From assembly GCA_963717465.1 (NCBI GenBank), contig OY970340.1, positions 1,952,001-2,016,000 on the forward strand: a DNA stretch of 64,000 nt. The letters run 5' to 3'. This document shows, one piece after another, positions 40,441 through 50,937 of this stretch. Both the position numbers and the translations under genes were made by a program. The DNA is from Candidatus Bathyarchaeota archaeon (lineage in GTDB: Archaea > Thermoproteota > Bathyarchaeia > Bathyarchaeales > Bathycorpusculaceae). Position 1 is the stretch's first letter. Every line of letters begins with the position of its first letter. The notes beneath the pieces were generated by a model, which saw only the letters and a list, made by a program, of their open reading frames with translations, made no database searches and was not told where the DNA came from.

Positions 40441-40883
40441 CTATTCGAATGCTCCAGCTGCGTTTGATGCATTTTCCGGTATGAATTGGGTGATATCCCC
40501 GTACTCAACAATTTTCTCTTTGCTAAAACGGAAAATATGCACTTGCCTCAATCCGCCTTAATTTGGCTTGGAGCTAGCAAGTTGCGTGTGCACAGCAACT
40601 GCATCTCCTTCAGAAATGACTTGTCTGACAATAAGTCTAAACTTCGCTTTTGATCCTTTTACAATTCCTTCTGAACCCTGCTTTTGGACTGCAATCATTG
40701 CATCGATTAATGCATCCATTCCTCCTGAAACGTATGGATTGTGTGTTTTGCATTCAGGAGCAAAGAAACGTAATCCATCCTTTGGTCTTCCCAATTCAAT
40801 TAAATTAAGAAATTCTACAGAGCCATATCTTTCCTAACTTTGTTGCCATAGGTTTTTGAGTTATCATTTTCTTCAGCAGTCAT
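40441..40883 (-). pseudogene. SnoaL/NTF2-like gene with frameshift and nonsense codon
   Basis: Frameshift ~40820; TAA 40560-40558 followed in frame by GGLRQVHIFRFSKEKIVEYGDITQ. Confidence 0.75.
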
Positions 40884-40981
40884 TTTTCCACATAAAAGCA
40901 AGTTTTAAAATTATTTATACGTTTTGAAATAAATCCTAATGCGTTTTTTCAATAGAATTGCACTTCGAAATTTTAAGAGGG

Positions 40982-42118
40982 TTATATTGCCTCTTTTATT
41001 ACTTCGGGCAAGCCAGCAATTTCATAGACGTACTGCAAATGAATTAACCGCTTGAGTGTCTGAGCGATTTTTCCTTCAACTGTTACTCCATAAATTTTTC
41101 CGATGCCATAAATCTCTCCGACAGCCAAAACTAACCCGCTAAATTTTGGTCGGTAAACTGGTTTGGGAGACTTGTTTAAATCTGCATGTATATTCGCTGC
41201 AACCACTTCTGCCTGCTGAAGAGCAATTTCCACGCATTGAGGCAAAATCTCTCCAGTATTTGGATCAACCGTCAAAGCTGAATCACCTACCACGTAAACT
41301 CCTGGAAAGCCAACTGCCTCACAGAACTCGTTAATAACTGCTCTGCCGCCTTTTCCAGTTTTTAAACCGCTTTTGCTTACCACGCTAGAGGCTGAGACTC
41401 CAGCTGTCCAAACAAAGATTGAACTCTCAATTATGCTCCCATCGCTCAAAACAACCTGATGAGGCTTAACTTCCACGATGCGTTTTCCAAGCATCAAATC
41501 CGCACCCATACTCGTTAATACTGAAGCGACTTTTTTAGAAAATTCAACATTGTTCCACGAAGGTAGCAAATTCTCGTTCGCTTCGATTATGGTAACGCAG
41601 CAATGGGACTCATCCAGAATTTCCCCAACCAACTCAACCCCTGTAAACCCTCCGCCTCCAACCACGACGTTAAACCTCTTTTTTTCTGAAATAAATTGCA
41701 AAACTTTATCACGAATTTTAGACGCTGATTCAACAGAATTAAAAGGCATAGCAAACTCACTTACGCCTTTTATGCCGTAAAAGTTAGGTTCATTACCAAG
41801 AGCAATAACAACTTTAAAGTATGATAGGTCCCCCTTGTCAGTCTTAACAATTTTATTCTTTACATCTATCTCCGTCACAGTTGCTTGCATGACCTGTATT
41901 TTCTTGTTTTTTAACAGCTCAGCCAACGGTAACGTTAAATCGGAAACTTTCTTGACATTCGTCACTATTTCATAAGAAAGATGTACATACTGATGATAAG
42001 GATTTTTGTCAACAAGAACTATATCTAAATCATCCCGATCTTTCGATTTTGCTTCAAGTTTTACAGCAGTCATCAAACCGCCATATCCTGCCCCAAGAAC
42101 CAAAACAGTTTTCTTCAT
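40982..42118 (-). CDS. Type II NADH dehydrogenase-like FAD oxidoreductase
   Basis: VLGAGYGG, VGGGGFTGVE, WTAGV, VYVVGD; probable ATG 42118. Confidence 0.9.
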   Translation of the reverse strand: MKKTVLVLGAGYGGLMTAVKLEAKSKDRDDLDIVLVDKNPYHQYVHLSYEIVTNVKKVSDLTLPLAELLKNKKIQVMQATVTEIDVKNKIVKTDKGDLSYFKVVIALGNEPNFYGIKGVSEFAMPFNSVESASKIRDKVLQFISEKKRFNVVVGGGGFTGVELVGEILDESHCCVTIIEANENLLPSWNNVEFSKKVASVLTSMGADLMLGKRIVEVKPHQVVLSDGSIIESSIFVWTAGVSASSVVSKSGLKTGKGGRAVINEFCEAVGFPGVYVVGDSALTVDPNTGEILPQCVEIALQQAEVVAANIHADLNKSPKPVYRPKFSGLVLAVGEIYGIGKIYGVTVEGKIAQTLKRLIHLQYVYEIAGLPEVIKEAI

Positions 42119-42122
42119 ACCA

Positions 42123-42302
42123 TTAACACCAAAACATTTCAAAACAATTAAAATGAACTTGAGTTGGCGCAAGCTTTCCACTGACAACAAAGCCATTAGC
42201 CATTAAACGCTCAAAATATTGCCGCATATCATCTTGAGGATTGAATCCTGCAGTCTTATTGACCTTAAGCTCTGCAAACATGCATTCATCAAATAAGTCC
42301 AT
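42123..42302 (-). CDS. Small hypothetical protein upstream of the Ndh-like gene
   Basis: 59-aa ORF from ATG 42302, ending 4 nt before the Ndh start. Confidence 0.5.
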   Translation of the reverse strand: MDLFDECMFAELKVNKTAGFNPQDDMRQYFERLMANGFVVSGKLAPTQVHFNCFEMFWC

Positions 42303-42517
42303 TATAGCCACTAATAATGCAAAACCATACTTATAACAATATTTAACCATTTGCAAAACATAAAATGCACAAGACTATTTGTGTTTCTTATCCTGTCGAA
42401 TTAATCTAAATTTTCAGGATTTGCCGCAACTCGTCGCATGGAAAATTTCAGAACAGGTTAGGACGTTTGAAGAGAACATTTAAGAGTTGAAAAATCCATA
42501 CGAGCTTTCGACCTCTC

Positions 42518-43687
42518 ATGAAATTGAAAGGTTTGCCGCTTAATCTTGATACGTATGAAACAAATGAAGTACTTACGAGCAAGCATTTTCGAGAATTTAG
42601 GATGCCTGACTTTGAGTGGATCTACCTTCCAGAGAGCATGAGGCCGTTCGCAGGCGCTAGCCCTTTGGGCGTGAAGGAGTTTATTGCTGATGACAATAGA
42701 GGTGCCGTTTCCACTTTGCCTTCTTTAAAAATAGACGGCTCTGACTTTTACCTCTCTGTTAAAGGCGTTGGGTCCACGACTAATCCGTTTTCTCATCAGC
42801 TTTTGGACAAATCTGAAATTTGTAACTTATTGAGAGATTCAAGATTGAATGAGAAAATATTGAATTCCCCTGATTGTGCTCAGCGATACATTACAGGTGA
42901 ATTATGGTTAAGAGGTTCGCCGTATGGTGGGCAGGGACTCCAGCATGCAACTACTTCTTTGAGAGTATCCGAAATGGCCAACCTTACCTCCATTCACGGA
43001 TTTAGAATTGCACCCCTTGTGAAAATAGTTTTTCTTCCCCAAGACCTTGAACGTGAAATTAAGAAGATTTTTTGGTACCGCAGGTTCGCTGGGAGAATGG
43101 TTCAGGAAATAAGACTTGTGCCATCTAATGTAAGAATCTATTTTCACTCGGGAAGCACTGTCGGCAGTAACATTCATTCACTTTTTGAAATCTTTGGAGT
43201 AGACAGTAATGATAAAGCGTTGGAGTTTATGAAGAATTTTGTCAAGAGTGGTATTGCATTCCTAACTTTGTTTGTGAGATCGATAAAAAGTAATGTTGAT
43301 GGAACGTTCAGCGGGCTGGATTTTTATGATGTTTGGCTGGATAAAGATGCGGTTCTATCGCCTGATGGAAATATTTTCTTTGTGGACCTTGAAGGCTTGG
43401 AGTGGATAACTGTTTGTGAAAAAGATGTTCAGGAAAAGATAGAGGATCAGATATATCGTTCGCTTTACGAGTTCATGTATGCTTACGAGCAGATAGAACA
43501 TGAACGTTCCACAAGGTTTGGAGAAATGATGGATAGGAAAGCGCAGTTTGAATACATTCTCAGAGAAGCCTTGAGTAATGATGAAGTTGTTGATGTTGTG
43601 CGTGATCGACAAAGTCTGCAACTAATCATCGGTAATATTCTAGAAGAGCAAACTTTAACTAAGAAATTCCCAATGATTGACTGGTGA
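42518..43687 (+). CDS. Hypothetical protein with atypical kinase-like motifs
   Basis: YLSVKGVG, SPYGGQG, LDKDAVL..IFFVDLE. Confidence 0.55.
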   Translation: MKLKGLPLNLDTYETNEVLTSKHFREFRMPDFEWIYLPESMRPFAGASPLGVKEFIADDNRGAVSTLPSLKIDGSDFYLSVKGVGSTTNPFSHQLLDKSEICNLLRDSRLNEKILNSPDCAQRYITGELWLRGSPYGGQGLQHATTSLRVSEMANLTSIHGFRIAPLVKIVFLPQDLEREIKKIFWYRRFAGRMVQEIRLVPSNVRIYFHSGSTVGSNIHSLFEIFGVDSNDKALEFMKNFVKSGIAFLTLFVRSIKSNVDGTFSGLDFYDVWLDKDAVLSPDGNIFFVDLEGLEWITVCEKDVQEKIEDQIYRSLYEFMYAYEQIEHERSTRFGEMMDRKAQFEYILREALSNDEVVDVVRDRQSLQLIIGNILEEQTLTKKFPMIDW

Positions 43688-45246
43688 TTCAAATGCAGTG
43701 CAATGACGTAAGACTGTTCTTCTCTCAAATAACCGCAAAGTCCATTTCAATGCAAATATCACAAGCCGACATGGATTTTCTCAGTAACGGTGGCTACGTT
43801 TCAGTGATGAAAAAAGAAGACTATGATCAGGCGTTGACCGAAGTTTCAAATCTAAACAAATTGAATCTGGACCAACAAAATGAATTGAATTATGAGCGAG
43901 GCGAAGAGTCAACTCTTAGACAAGAAGAGAAGAAAGTTCATTCAATAATGTTTCATTTTGAGAACAAAGAGAAGAAGGAAGCCGAACTTGAAACTTACCA
44001 AAATGAAGAGAACCTTGTCTCCAAAGTAGAGACAGAAGTAGCTAGCAGAGATTCAAAAATAAAAGCTCTTATCCAGAAAAAATCAATTGTTGACAGAATG
44101 GTTCCTTATAACGGGGAATACCTGTCCCTTACTGGCCTTGGGGTAATAACCCTAAACGACCTTAACATTAGGAATTACAGGGTTTCAACTAGCCAGTTCT
44201 CCGACTTCATTGAAGAGAGAACGACAACTTTTGGCGAATTGCGATCCATAGCCGAAAGAGGCAGCTTTTACACTTCTAGGCTTGTTGCAGAATTGCCAGA
44301 TGCTGATCCATCTCAACTCTGGAGCGTTTCAATAGGATTAGGAAAGCTTCAAGGAGACCCAAATCAAATCATTCAAAAATTCTCTCTCGCAATGAATAGC
44401 TTGCAGCATTTCAATTCCACCCTTGAAAACAAAATGATGGCGGCCGAAATTATGACTTCCTCAAAGACAGATTTCTCTCAACCTAACAGTTCTGCCCTGC
44501 AGAGTTTATCAGAATCCTTGTCAAATCTTGACCGCGAAATTAGACACGACGCCAAAGTTCCCAAGCAATTATCAGCAGGCATTGCAGCCACTATCCTGTT
44601 TGGAAGAAGATTTGACGGCACTTTCCCCACTGACAACTTCCTAAAATTTTCCAAAATAACCTCTTCGTATGAATCGGCAGCAATATTAGCTATAATGAAC
44701 ACGCCTTTTGACCAACTGGCAGGCAAATTCCAATCTTTCAGATCACTATTTGGTTCTTGGGGTTATGAAGTGTCAGAGGACACTGAACTAGCCTCTGCAT
44801 ATTTATCAATTTCCGATTTAGGACCAGAAGACGTGAAGACGAAGTTAACTATAATTATCGATTCACTCAAGAATTATCTTGAATATCCCCTTGTGGCTTC
44901 AGCGATTCTTGGATCAATAGCGACTTTTGAAGCTAATGAAGCTCTTGACCTGCTACACAAAGCGTACACGACAATTGGGTCCTTCGCCCAAGACTTAAGT
45001 CCTTCTGAACTGCTAAGCCTTTCAGTCAGGATGATTCACGGAATCAAGAATGAACTAGTAAAACAGCTGGATTCAACCGCAAAGATAGTGAACACTCCAG
45101 TGCAATTCACATACGCACCATCAGGCATATTCTTCATATATTATGCACCCCTGATTATCGCACACTCATCTTACTATTCAACATTCAGCGGAGTCGGAGG
45201 CTACCACCCCGCACATGTTCATGGTGTGGGAGGGTTTATGGGATGA
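43684..45246 (+). CDS. Coiled-coil + helical-repeat protein with His/Gly-rich tail
   Basis: Coiled coil, repeated (S)AAIL/ASAYL helices, ends GGYHPAHVHGVGGFMG; GTGA overlap. Confidence 0.7.
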   Translation: MIQMQCNDVRLFFSQITAKSISMQISQADMDFLSNGGYVSVMKKEDYDQALTEVSNLNKLNLDQQNELNYERGEESTLRQEEKKVHSIMFHFENKEKKEAELETYQNEENLVSKVETEVASRDSKIKALIQKKSIVDRMVPYNGEYLSLTGLGVITLNDLNIRNYRVSTSQFSDFIEERTTTFGELRSIAERGSFYTSRLVAELPDADPSQLWSVSIGLGKLQGDPNQIIQKFSLAMNSLQHFNSTLENKMMAAEIMTSSKTDFSQPNSSALQSLSESLSNLDREIRHDAKVPKQLSAGIAATILFGRRFDGTFPTDNFLKFSKITSSYESAAILAIMNTPFDQLAGKFQSFRSLFGSWGYEVSEDTELASAYLSISDLGPEDVKTKLTIIIDSLKNYLEYPLVASAILGSIATFEANEALDLLHKAYTTIGSFAQDLSPSELLSLSVRMIHGIKNELVKQLDSTAKIVNTPVQFTYAPSGIFFIYYAPLIIAHSSYYSTFSGVGGYHPAHVHGVGGFMG

Positions 45247-46316
45247 ACTCAAAAAAATATCTTGTCGTCGCCATCTTTCTAATGTTCTCCCTTTTCCTAT
45301 TCTCTTCTACTTTTCCAGCTCACTCTACACCGACCTATGTTCCACAACCGGGAGATTACTTCTTTTACCACGAAGTCATAAGCATTGCGAATGGCACCGG
45401 TAATTATGTTGGATATATCGAACAGGACATCTATGATGGAAATGAAACGATAAACGGAGTAAGCCAAGATGGAATTGTATCTGCAAGCTACGGGTACACA
45501 CTTACTTGGAGTAACAGTGAAAATGAGATAGGCAATAATAGCGAGTCTGGAAACTTTACTTTCTCATCAGCAGACTTTCTTTACGTTAATGGAACTGATG
45601 ATCAAACTGGATATGTTAATCCAACTGTCTGGTTCTGGATAGATAACTCAATTCCAGTAGACGGCAACTTTACCCTTCTGAACACTGAGATGACAGTTCA
45701 ATCTACAAATTACAGCTACTTCAACGAACAGCAGCTTAGAAGCGTAAACGCGACTTATGCTCAAGGAAGCTCAAGTTACCAACGAAACGATGAATATGGA
45801 CAATTCACCGCATCCTACACCTGGAACGCTTACTTCGACCCATCAACAGGATACATAATTGGATATGACTATGTCGAGCACGATACTAACCAATCAGGAG
45901 ACGGGTTCACTTACACCGACCACCTAGATGTACTTTCAACTAGCTACCCTTTGACAACTGTGGCAACTATCACGCCCAACAGTACAAGTAGTACCGCTGA
46001 AGTATCATCTGTGGACTTAATATCATATGTAGGAATCTTTGCGGCAATATTAGTGTTAATTATTGTAATCGTAGTGGTTGTTGTAATCATTTATGCATCT
46101 ACGAGAAAACGAAAACCCCTTCCACAGCATTCCTACCAACAATACCAAAGACCACCGCCTCCGCCGCCACCGGATATTGATTTAACTCCAAAGCAGCAAC
46201 CGCCAGTACAGCAGATCGTTATCAAAGAGGTCGTAAAGGTGAAATGTCGCTACTGCGGAGCACTCATAGACTCCACCGCTGAAACCTGCCCAATTTGCGG
46301 AGCACCCAGAACTTAG
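45243..46316 (+). CDS. Single-pass surface protein with cytoplasmic Pro-rich linker and zinc ribbon
   Basis: Signal peptide, TM, poly-Pro, CRYC..CPIC; ATGA overlap. Confidence 0.8.
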   Translation: MNSKKYLVVAIFLMFSLFLFSSTFPAHSTPTYVPQPGDYFFYHEVISIANGTGNYVGYIEQDIYDGNETINGVSQDGIVSASYGYTLTWSNSENEIGNNSESGNFTFSSADFLYVNGTDDQTGYVNPTVWFWIDNSIPVDGNFTLLNTEMTVQSTNYSYFNEQQLRSVNATYAQGSSSYQRNDEYGQFTASYTWNAYFDPSTGYIIGYDYVEHDTNQSGDGFTYTDHLDVLSTSYPLTTVATITPNSTSSTAEVSSVDLISYVGIFAAILVLIIVIVVVVVIIYASTRKRKPLPQHSYQQYQRPPPPPPPDIDLTPKQQPPVQQIVIKEVVKVKCRYCGALIDSTAETCPICGAPRT

Positions 46317-47099
46317 ATAACTTTGCCAACTTTTTTGTTCATTTTTCCTGTATCAATGTATCGCTTGAAATATTGAAATAACTGTCCAGATGTTGTCATA
46401 TTCGCTTTTAAAGCAATTCTTGAAGAGGGAAGGTTATTTTGTGAAATTTCCGAGAACGCTAAATGGGCACGTTTTGATTTGAGCCAGAGAAGTCGAGCAT
46501 ATAGAATATCTTCACCTATTCCCATTCTCCTAAACTGAGGTTTTACATAAAGATCATGCAATCTTCCGACGCCATTCACAAATGAGACCCAGCCCAACCC
46601 AGCAATTTCATTGTTTAACCTGACAGTGAAGCATTTATCTCCATTTTCAAGTGCAACATTAACCCAGTGTCTGTTTATTTCAGGATATGCCGAAATCATG
46701 AATTTTTCAATCTCCTCTACGTGCTTATTCTCCGCCATAGAAATTTCGTAACTGAACCTGTGAACAATGGCTGCATCCTTTAAGTTTATATTGTAAATAT
46801 TATAGATTTCATTTTCATGCTCAGTTTTCATTTCTGCAAAAAGACACCTGAGCGGTTTTAAATTATAAAAGTAGTCAAACACTTCTCTTGACTTTGTATA
46901 AACTGAGCCAACTCTCTCCGAGCTATCGTACAAGAAAACTCCCGAGACAGTTTCATCGGAAGTTTCTAGCCACAAAAGCTTCACCTCCTATTTCAAGAAT
47001 TTCTTTCACAAAATATTGAAGATAAGGTTCAAAGAATGAGAAACTGTCAGGAAAGACAAAGTTAATATCGGCTAATTCACGTATATCGCAAACTCTCAT
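46313..47099 (-). pseudogene. GNAT acetyltransferase, apparently frameshifted near 46965
   Basis: LYVKPQFRRMGIG motif; upstream frame from ATG 47099 (FFEPYLQYFVKEILEIGGEAFVAR) joins after a 1-nt shift. Confidence 0.6.
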
Positions 47100-47252
47100 T
47101 TTTCTTGAACACTCATCTCTAAAAAGTACTTCAACCTGATAAACTTAAGTTTGAATTAAACAAGCTAAATCAAACTGGCTGATTGCAAAATTAAAAACGC
47201 AAATTGAGTTTAATGCTAAGACTTAAGAAGGATTAATTTAGCATTAGGTGGC

Positions 47253-48716
47253 ATGACATCCCTAACATTTTATGGGGGCGTTAACGAAATTGGCGGTAAC
47301 AAGATTCTACTTGAGGATCAGGGAACCAAGATATTTCTTGATTTTGGAATAAGTTTTGGTCAAGCAAACAATTATTTTTCCGAATTCATACAGCCAAGAA
47401 AATGCAATGGTTTAGGTGATTTTATCGAGTTCGGGCTCATTCCTGATATCAAAGGTCTCTATAGACTTGATTACCTGAAACAGATGGGCCGTCCACCTGA
47501 AGATTTAGAGATTAATGGCTTACTCCTGTCACACGCTCACGCTGACCATGCTTCTTACATTAACCATCTTCGCGAAGACCTGCCGATTTACTGTTCTCAA
47601 CAGACGTATCGTATTCTGAAAGCGATAAACGATACCGGTAACGGAAATTTTTCAGATATTACTCAGTTGACAAGAAGCTTTGAAACCTACGTTAACTCGA
47701 AAGGTGAAATCAGCCGCAAAACAACGCAAACCCATAAAGACATCTGCGTAGAAAGAAACTTTAAACCATTTAATTTCGGCAAATGTTTCAAGATTGATAA
47801 CGTTGAAATAGAACCGTACAATGTTGATCACTCCCTATCGGGAGCGACAGGCTACATTATTCACACCTCAATCGGAACCATTGTTTACACTGGAGACTTC
47901 CGATTTCACGGCAGAAGAAAAAAAGAGACAACGGCGTTTATGGAAGCAAGCATGGAGGCAAAACCTGACTTGCTACTCATAGAAGGCACACGTGTAGATG
48001 AGCCGTGCTCAAAAACAGAAGAAGACGTAGAAGAAGAAATTTGTAGCCTCTCTAAAAATACGAAGGGGCTTGCAGTTTGCAACTGGACTTTAAGAGATAC
48101 TGATAGGATGCTCTCTTTCCTTAACGTGGCTAAACGTATGGGCAAGAAACTTGCAATATCATTAAGGCAAGCTTATCTGCTAAATGAACTCTCTAAATGC
48201 TCAGATGCTTTAGCTCCAGACCTAAACGATGAAGCCATAGAATTTTATGCTAACAGAAAAAGCTGGGGATTAATCGGCAGTGCATGCGACAAAAGACTGA
48301 GAAACCAGGACTATGACAATTGGGAACGACCATACCTTGATAAGGCGATATGTTACAAGGATATAAAAGAGCATCAAGAAAAATACTTGATGTTTTGCTC
48401 CAACTTTGACCTTAAAGAACTAATCGACATTAAACCTGTAGACGGCTCAATCTACATTAAATCAGTTTGCGAACCATTCGACATCGAAATGGAGATTGAT
48501 TGGGCACACGTTAAGAACTGGCTAAACCATTTTGGATTAAACATCAAACCAACTCATGTTTCAGGACATGCATCCGCAGATCAACTCAAACAATTCATAA
48601 AAACAGTAAACCCTAAACTAACAATCCCAATTCACACGGAAAAACCTAAGTTATTTGAGCAATTGGGAAAAACGCATCTTCTAGGCAAGCAAGGAGACAA
48701 TTTTAAACTTATTTAA
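47253..48716 (+). CDS. Metallo-beta-lactamase/beta-CASP ribonuclease (RNase J-like)
   Basis: GGVNEIGGNK, HAHADH, VDHS, YTGDFR, HVSGHA, PIHTE. Confidence 0.9.
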   Translation: MTSLTFYGGVNEIGGNKILLEDQGTKIFLDFGISFGQANNYFSEFIQPRKCNGLGDFIEFGLIPDIKGLYRLDYLKQMGRPPEDLEINGLLLSHAHADHASYINHLREDLPIYCSQQTYRILKAINDTGNGNFSDITQLTRSFETYVNSKGEISRKTTQTHKDICVERNFKPFNFGKCFKIDNVEIEPYNVDHSLSGATGYIIHTSIGTIVYTGDFRFHGRRKKETTAFMEASMEAKPDLLLIEGTRVDEPCSKTEEDVEEEICSLSKNTKGLAVCNWTLRDTDRMLSFLNVAKRMGKKLAISLRQAYLLNELSKCSDALAPDLNDEAIEFYANRKSWGLIGSACDKRLRNQDYDNWERPYLDKAICYKDIKEHQEKYLMFCSNFDLKELIDIKPVDGSIYIKSVCEPFDIEMEIDWAHVKNWLNHFGLNIKPTHVSGHASADQLKQFIKTVNPKLTIPIHTEKPKLFEQLGKTHLLGKQGDNFKLI

Positions 48717-48790
48717 CAATCAATTCTTTTGCTTGAAACACGCCTTTTGGAAACGCTAAAAATATTAATTAATATCTTTAAATTGATTTT

Positions 48791-49318
48791 ATGAACCGCT
48801 ATGTCGCATTTCTAAGAGGCATTAACGTCGGTGGACATAAAGTCTTAAATGTGACTTTGAAAGAAGCTTTCGTTTCTTTAGGTTTTAAAAATATTGTTCT
48901 GTACAAGCAAAGCGGAAACATAATTTTTGAAACAGACAAAACAAGCACACAAGAAATCAGCACAATAATAGAAAACAAATTGCATACCGCACTTGGGTAT
49001 GAGGTAAGAACATTTATTCGTTCAATGAATGAGCTTACAGACATTATAAAATCTGAACCCTTCAAGAATCAATCTGAAGAGAATTCTAGTTTTTTGATAA
49101 CTTTTCTTCAAAGCAGTTTATCTGAATTGCCTCTTAAATTGCCTTTAACAATCCCAAATTCAACCGCACAGATAATTTTAGCAAGAGGCAAAGAGGTGTT
49201 CAGTGTAACTCACGGAGGCGGAGAAGGAGCGTTGCCTAACCCTTTTTTAGAATCAAAACTGAAAACAAAAGCAACGACTAGAAACATAAATGTAATTAAA
49301 GCCTTGATTGAAAAATAA
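48791..49318 (+). CDS. DUF1697 family protein
   Basis: YVAFLRGINVGG, QSGNI, ATTRN. Confidence 0.9.
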   Translation: MNRYVAFLRGINVGGHKVLNVTLKEAFVSLGFKNIVLYKQSGNIIFETDKTSTQEISTIIENKLHTALGYEVRTFIRSMNELTDIIKSEPFKNQSEENSSFLITFLQSSLSELPLKLPLTIPNSTAQIILARGKEVFSVTHGGGEGALPNPFLESKLKTKATTRNINVIKALIEK

Positions 49319-49489
49319 GAAAATCCAACCCTTCAAGCAAACCAGCGAGAAAGGATCAACCGAATAAAATATTGCTTAAAATTTGGGTGCTTTCTTGAAA
49401 TTGAGAATTTCTTATTTAAAACAATTATTGAAGCAATGATCTAACAGGCAAACGCTCTTGAGATACTGATTTTATGAAAGTAAAGAAAT

Positions 49490-50704
49490 TCACGATGATG
49501 AAGTCTTGTTCTTCAAGTTGCTGTGGCGTCTCCTTAGGAAAATTATGCTTGCTCCAACTGAAGCCGCGGCTGCGGCAACTACGACAACTATCACAGTGAT
49601 TGGTATTCCTAAAACTGATGGCATTGAGGAATTAGCAGAACCAGTAAATGAGGTTTCAACTGTTGGATCGCTTGCAATTTTTGTGGTTAGGCCATAGGTT
49701 AAGTTGTCAAATGTCTGGTAGCATAAAACGAAATTAGCCGCTGTGCCTTGGACACCAGATAGCATTGGGGCAAAGTAAGCTGTTGCTGTTTTGTTTGCTA
49801 TTTGAGTTGTTCCTTGATATTCGGTATATGGGTCACCGAAGTTCATATCTGCCATATTGTACTGGTAGCCATAACCGTTATTGCTAGTGTAGTAGATTTC
49901 AGTTGGCGTGACTGAAGGCTGAAGGTTACACGCATGACCAACTTGCCATGATTCAGTCAAGTTTGACATGTTAGTGGTGTAAAGTATGGTGAGTGAGAAA
50001 TTGGCTCCAGCACTAACCTCAGTTCCGTTTGGGTAATACAGGTGTGAGTTGGTTAAGTCTAAAGTTGTGCCCATTTTTTCCGTTACCAATGAATAGTTAG
50101 CTATGATCTGTTGGGTGAGCGTTAAGGTGACGTTTGATGGCGCGTTTCCGTATGTGTCAAGCGCGATATCGTGGAAGGTAAACGTGTTGTTGAATGCTGA
50201 AAGACCATCAGCGGTTGTAGTTATAGGCGTTATTGACTCGTTAAAGGAGGTGCTGTTCCAAAGGTTAATCGGAATAATCGTTCCTGAGAAATTCAAATAA
50301 AGAGAGGGCGGACTGTAATTATTATTCATGTAGCCTGATGAGCCGTCGGGTTGACATGCAAGTTCTGTTTCAAAACACATGTAGCTATCATTGTTAACGT
50401 AAAATTGGATGTTGGAGTAAAGACCCTCACCGGTGCTACCTTCAGAGCCATTGCCTTGATAAATATTCAAGTTTGTCATCCAGTTTTCTCCTACGCCTAC
50501 AACTACTCCGCAACCTGTTTCACCTCTACTGGTAAACATTGAGGAAGTATCAATTGAATAGCCAAGCGGAGGAGCTGATTGGTCACTATTATAAATCCAT
50601 GTGGAAGAAGAATGAACACTATGCATAACGGAAGAAGCAAGAATTAAAACTAAAAAAGACACCAAAAAAACAATTTTTCGCAGCTTTACCATACCAATCA
50701 ACAT
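49490..50704 (-). CDS. Membrane-anchored surface protein
   Basis: Signal peptide, many sequons, C-terminal TM + RRR. Confidence 0.75.
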   Translation of the reverse strand: MLIGMVKLRKIVFLVSFLVLILASSVMHSVHSSSTWIYNSDQSAPPLGYSIDTSSMFTSRGETGCGVVVGVGENWMTNLNIYQGNGSEGSTGEGLYSNIQFYVNNDSYMCFETELACQPDGSSGYMNNNYSPPSLYLNFSGTIIPINLWNSTSFNESITPITTTADGLSAFNNTFTFHDIALDTYGNAPSNVTLTLTQQIIANYSLVTEKMGTTLDLTNSHLYYPNGTEVSAGANFSLTILYTTNMSNLTESWQVGHACNLQPSVTPTEIYYTSNNGYGYQYNMADMNFGDPYTEYQGTTQIANKTATAYFAPMLSGVQGTAANFVLCYQTFDNLTYGLTTKIASDPTVETSFTGSANSSMPSVLGIPITVIVVVVAAAAASVGASIIFLRRRHSNLKNKTSSS

Positions 50705-50937
50705 TTATTAATACTTACGATTTTATATTAAAAAGAATTATGAAGCCAAAATTACAATTTCAGAAATCTACTGAGTATCAATTATAAATCCCAAAGCTAA
50801 GTTCCGATTGTGCTCGCTTTCCAATTTCACCCACGAACCGGATGAAAATTTAGTTGCAAAGGCAAAACATTCTTTTAAATAGTAACGCTTCGATAGAGCT
50901 TAACCTGTTTTTGATAAAATGCACAAAATGAAGAGAA

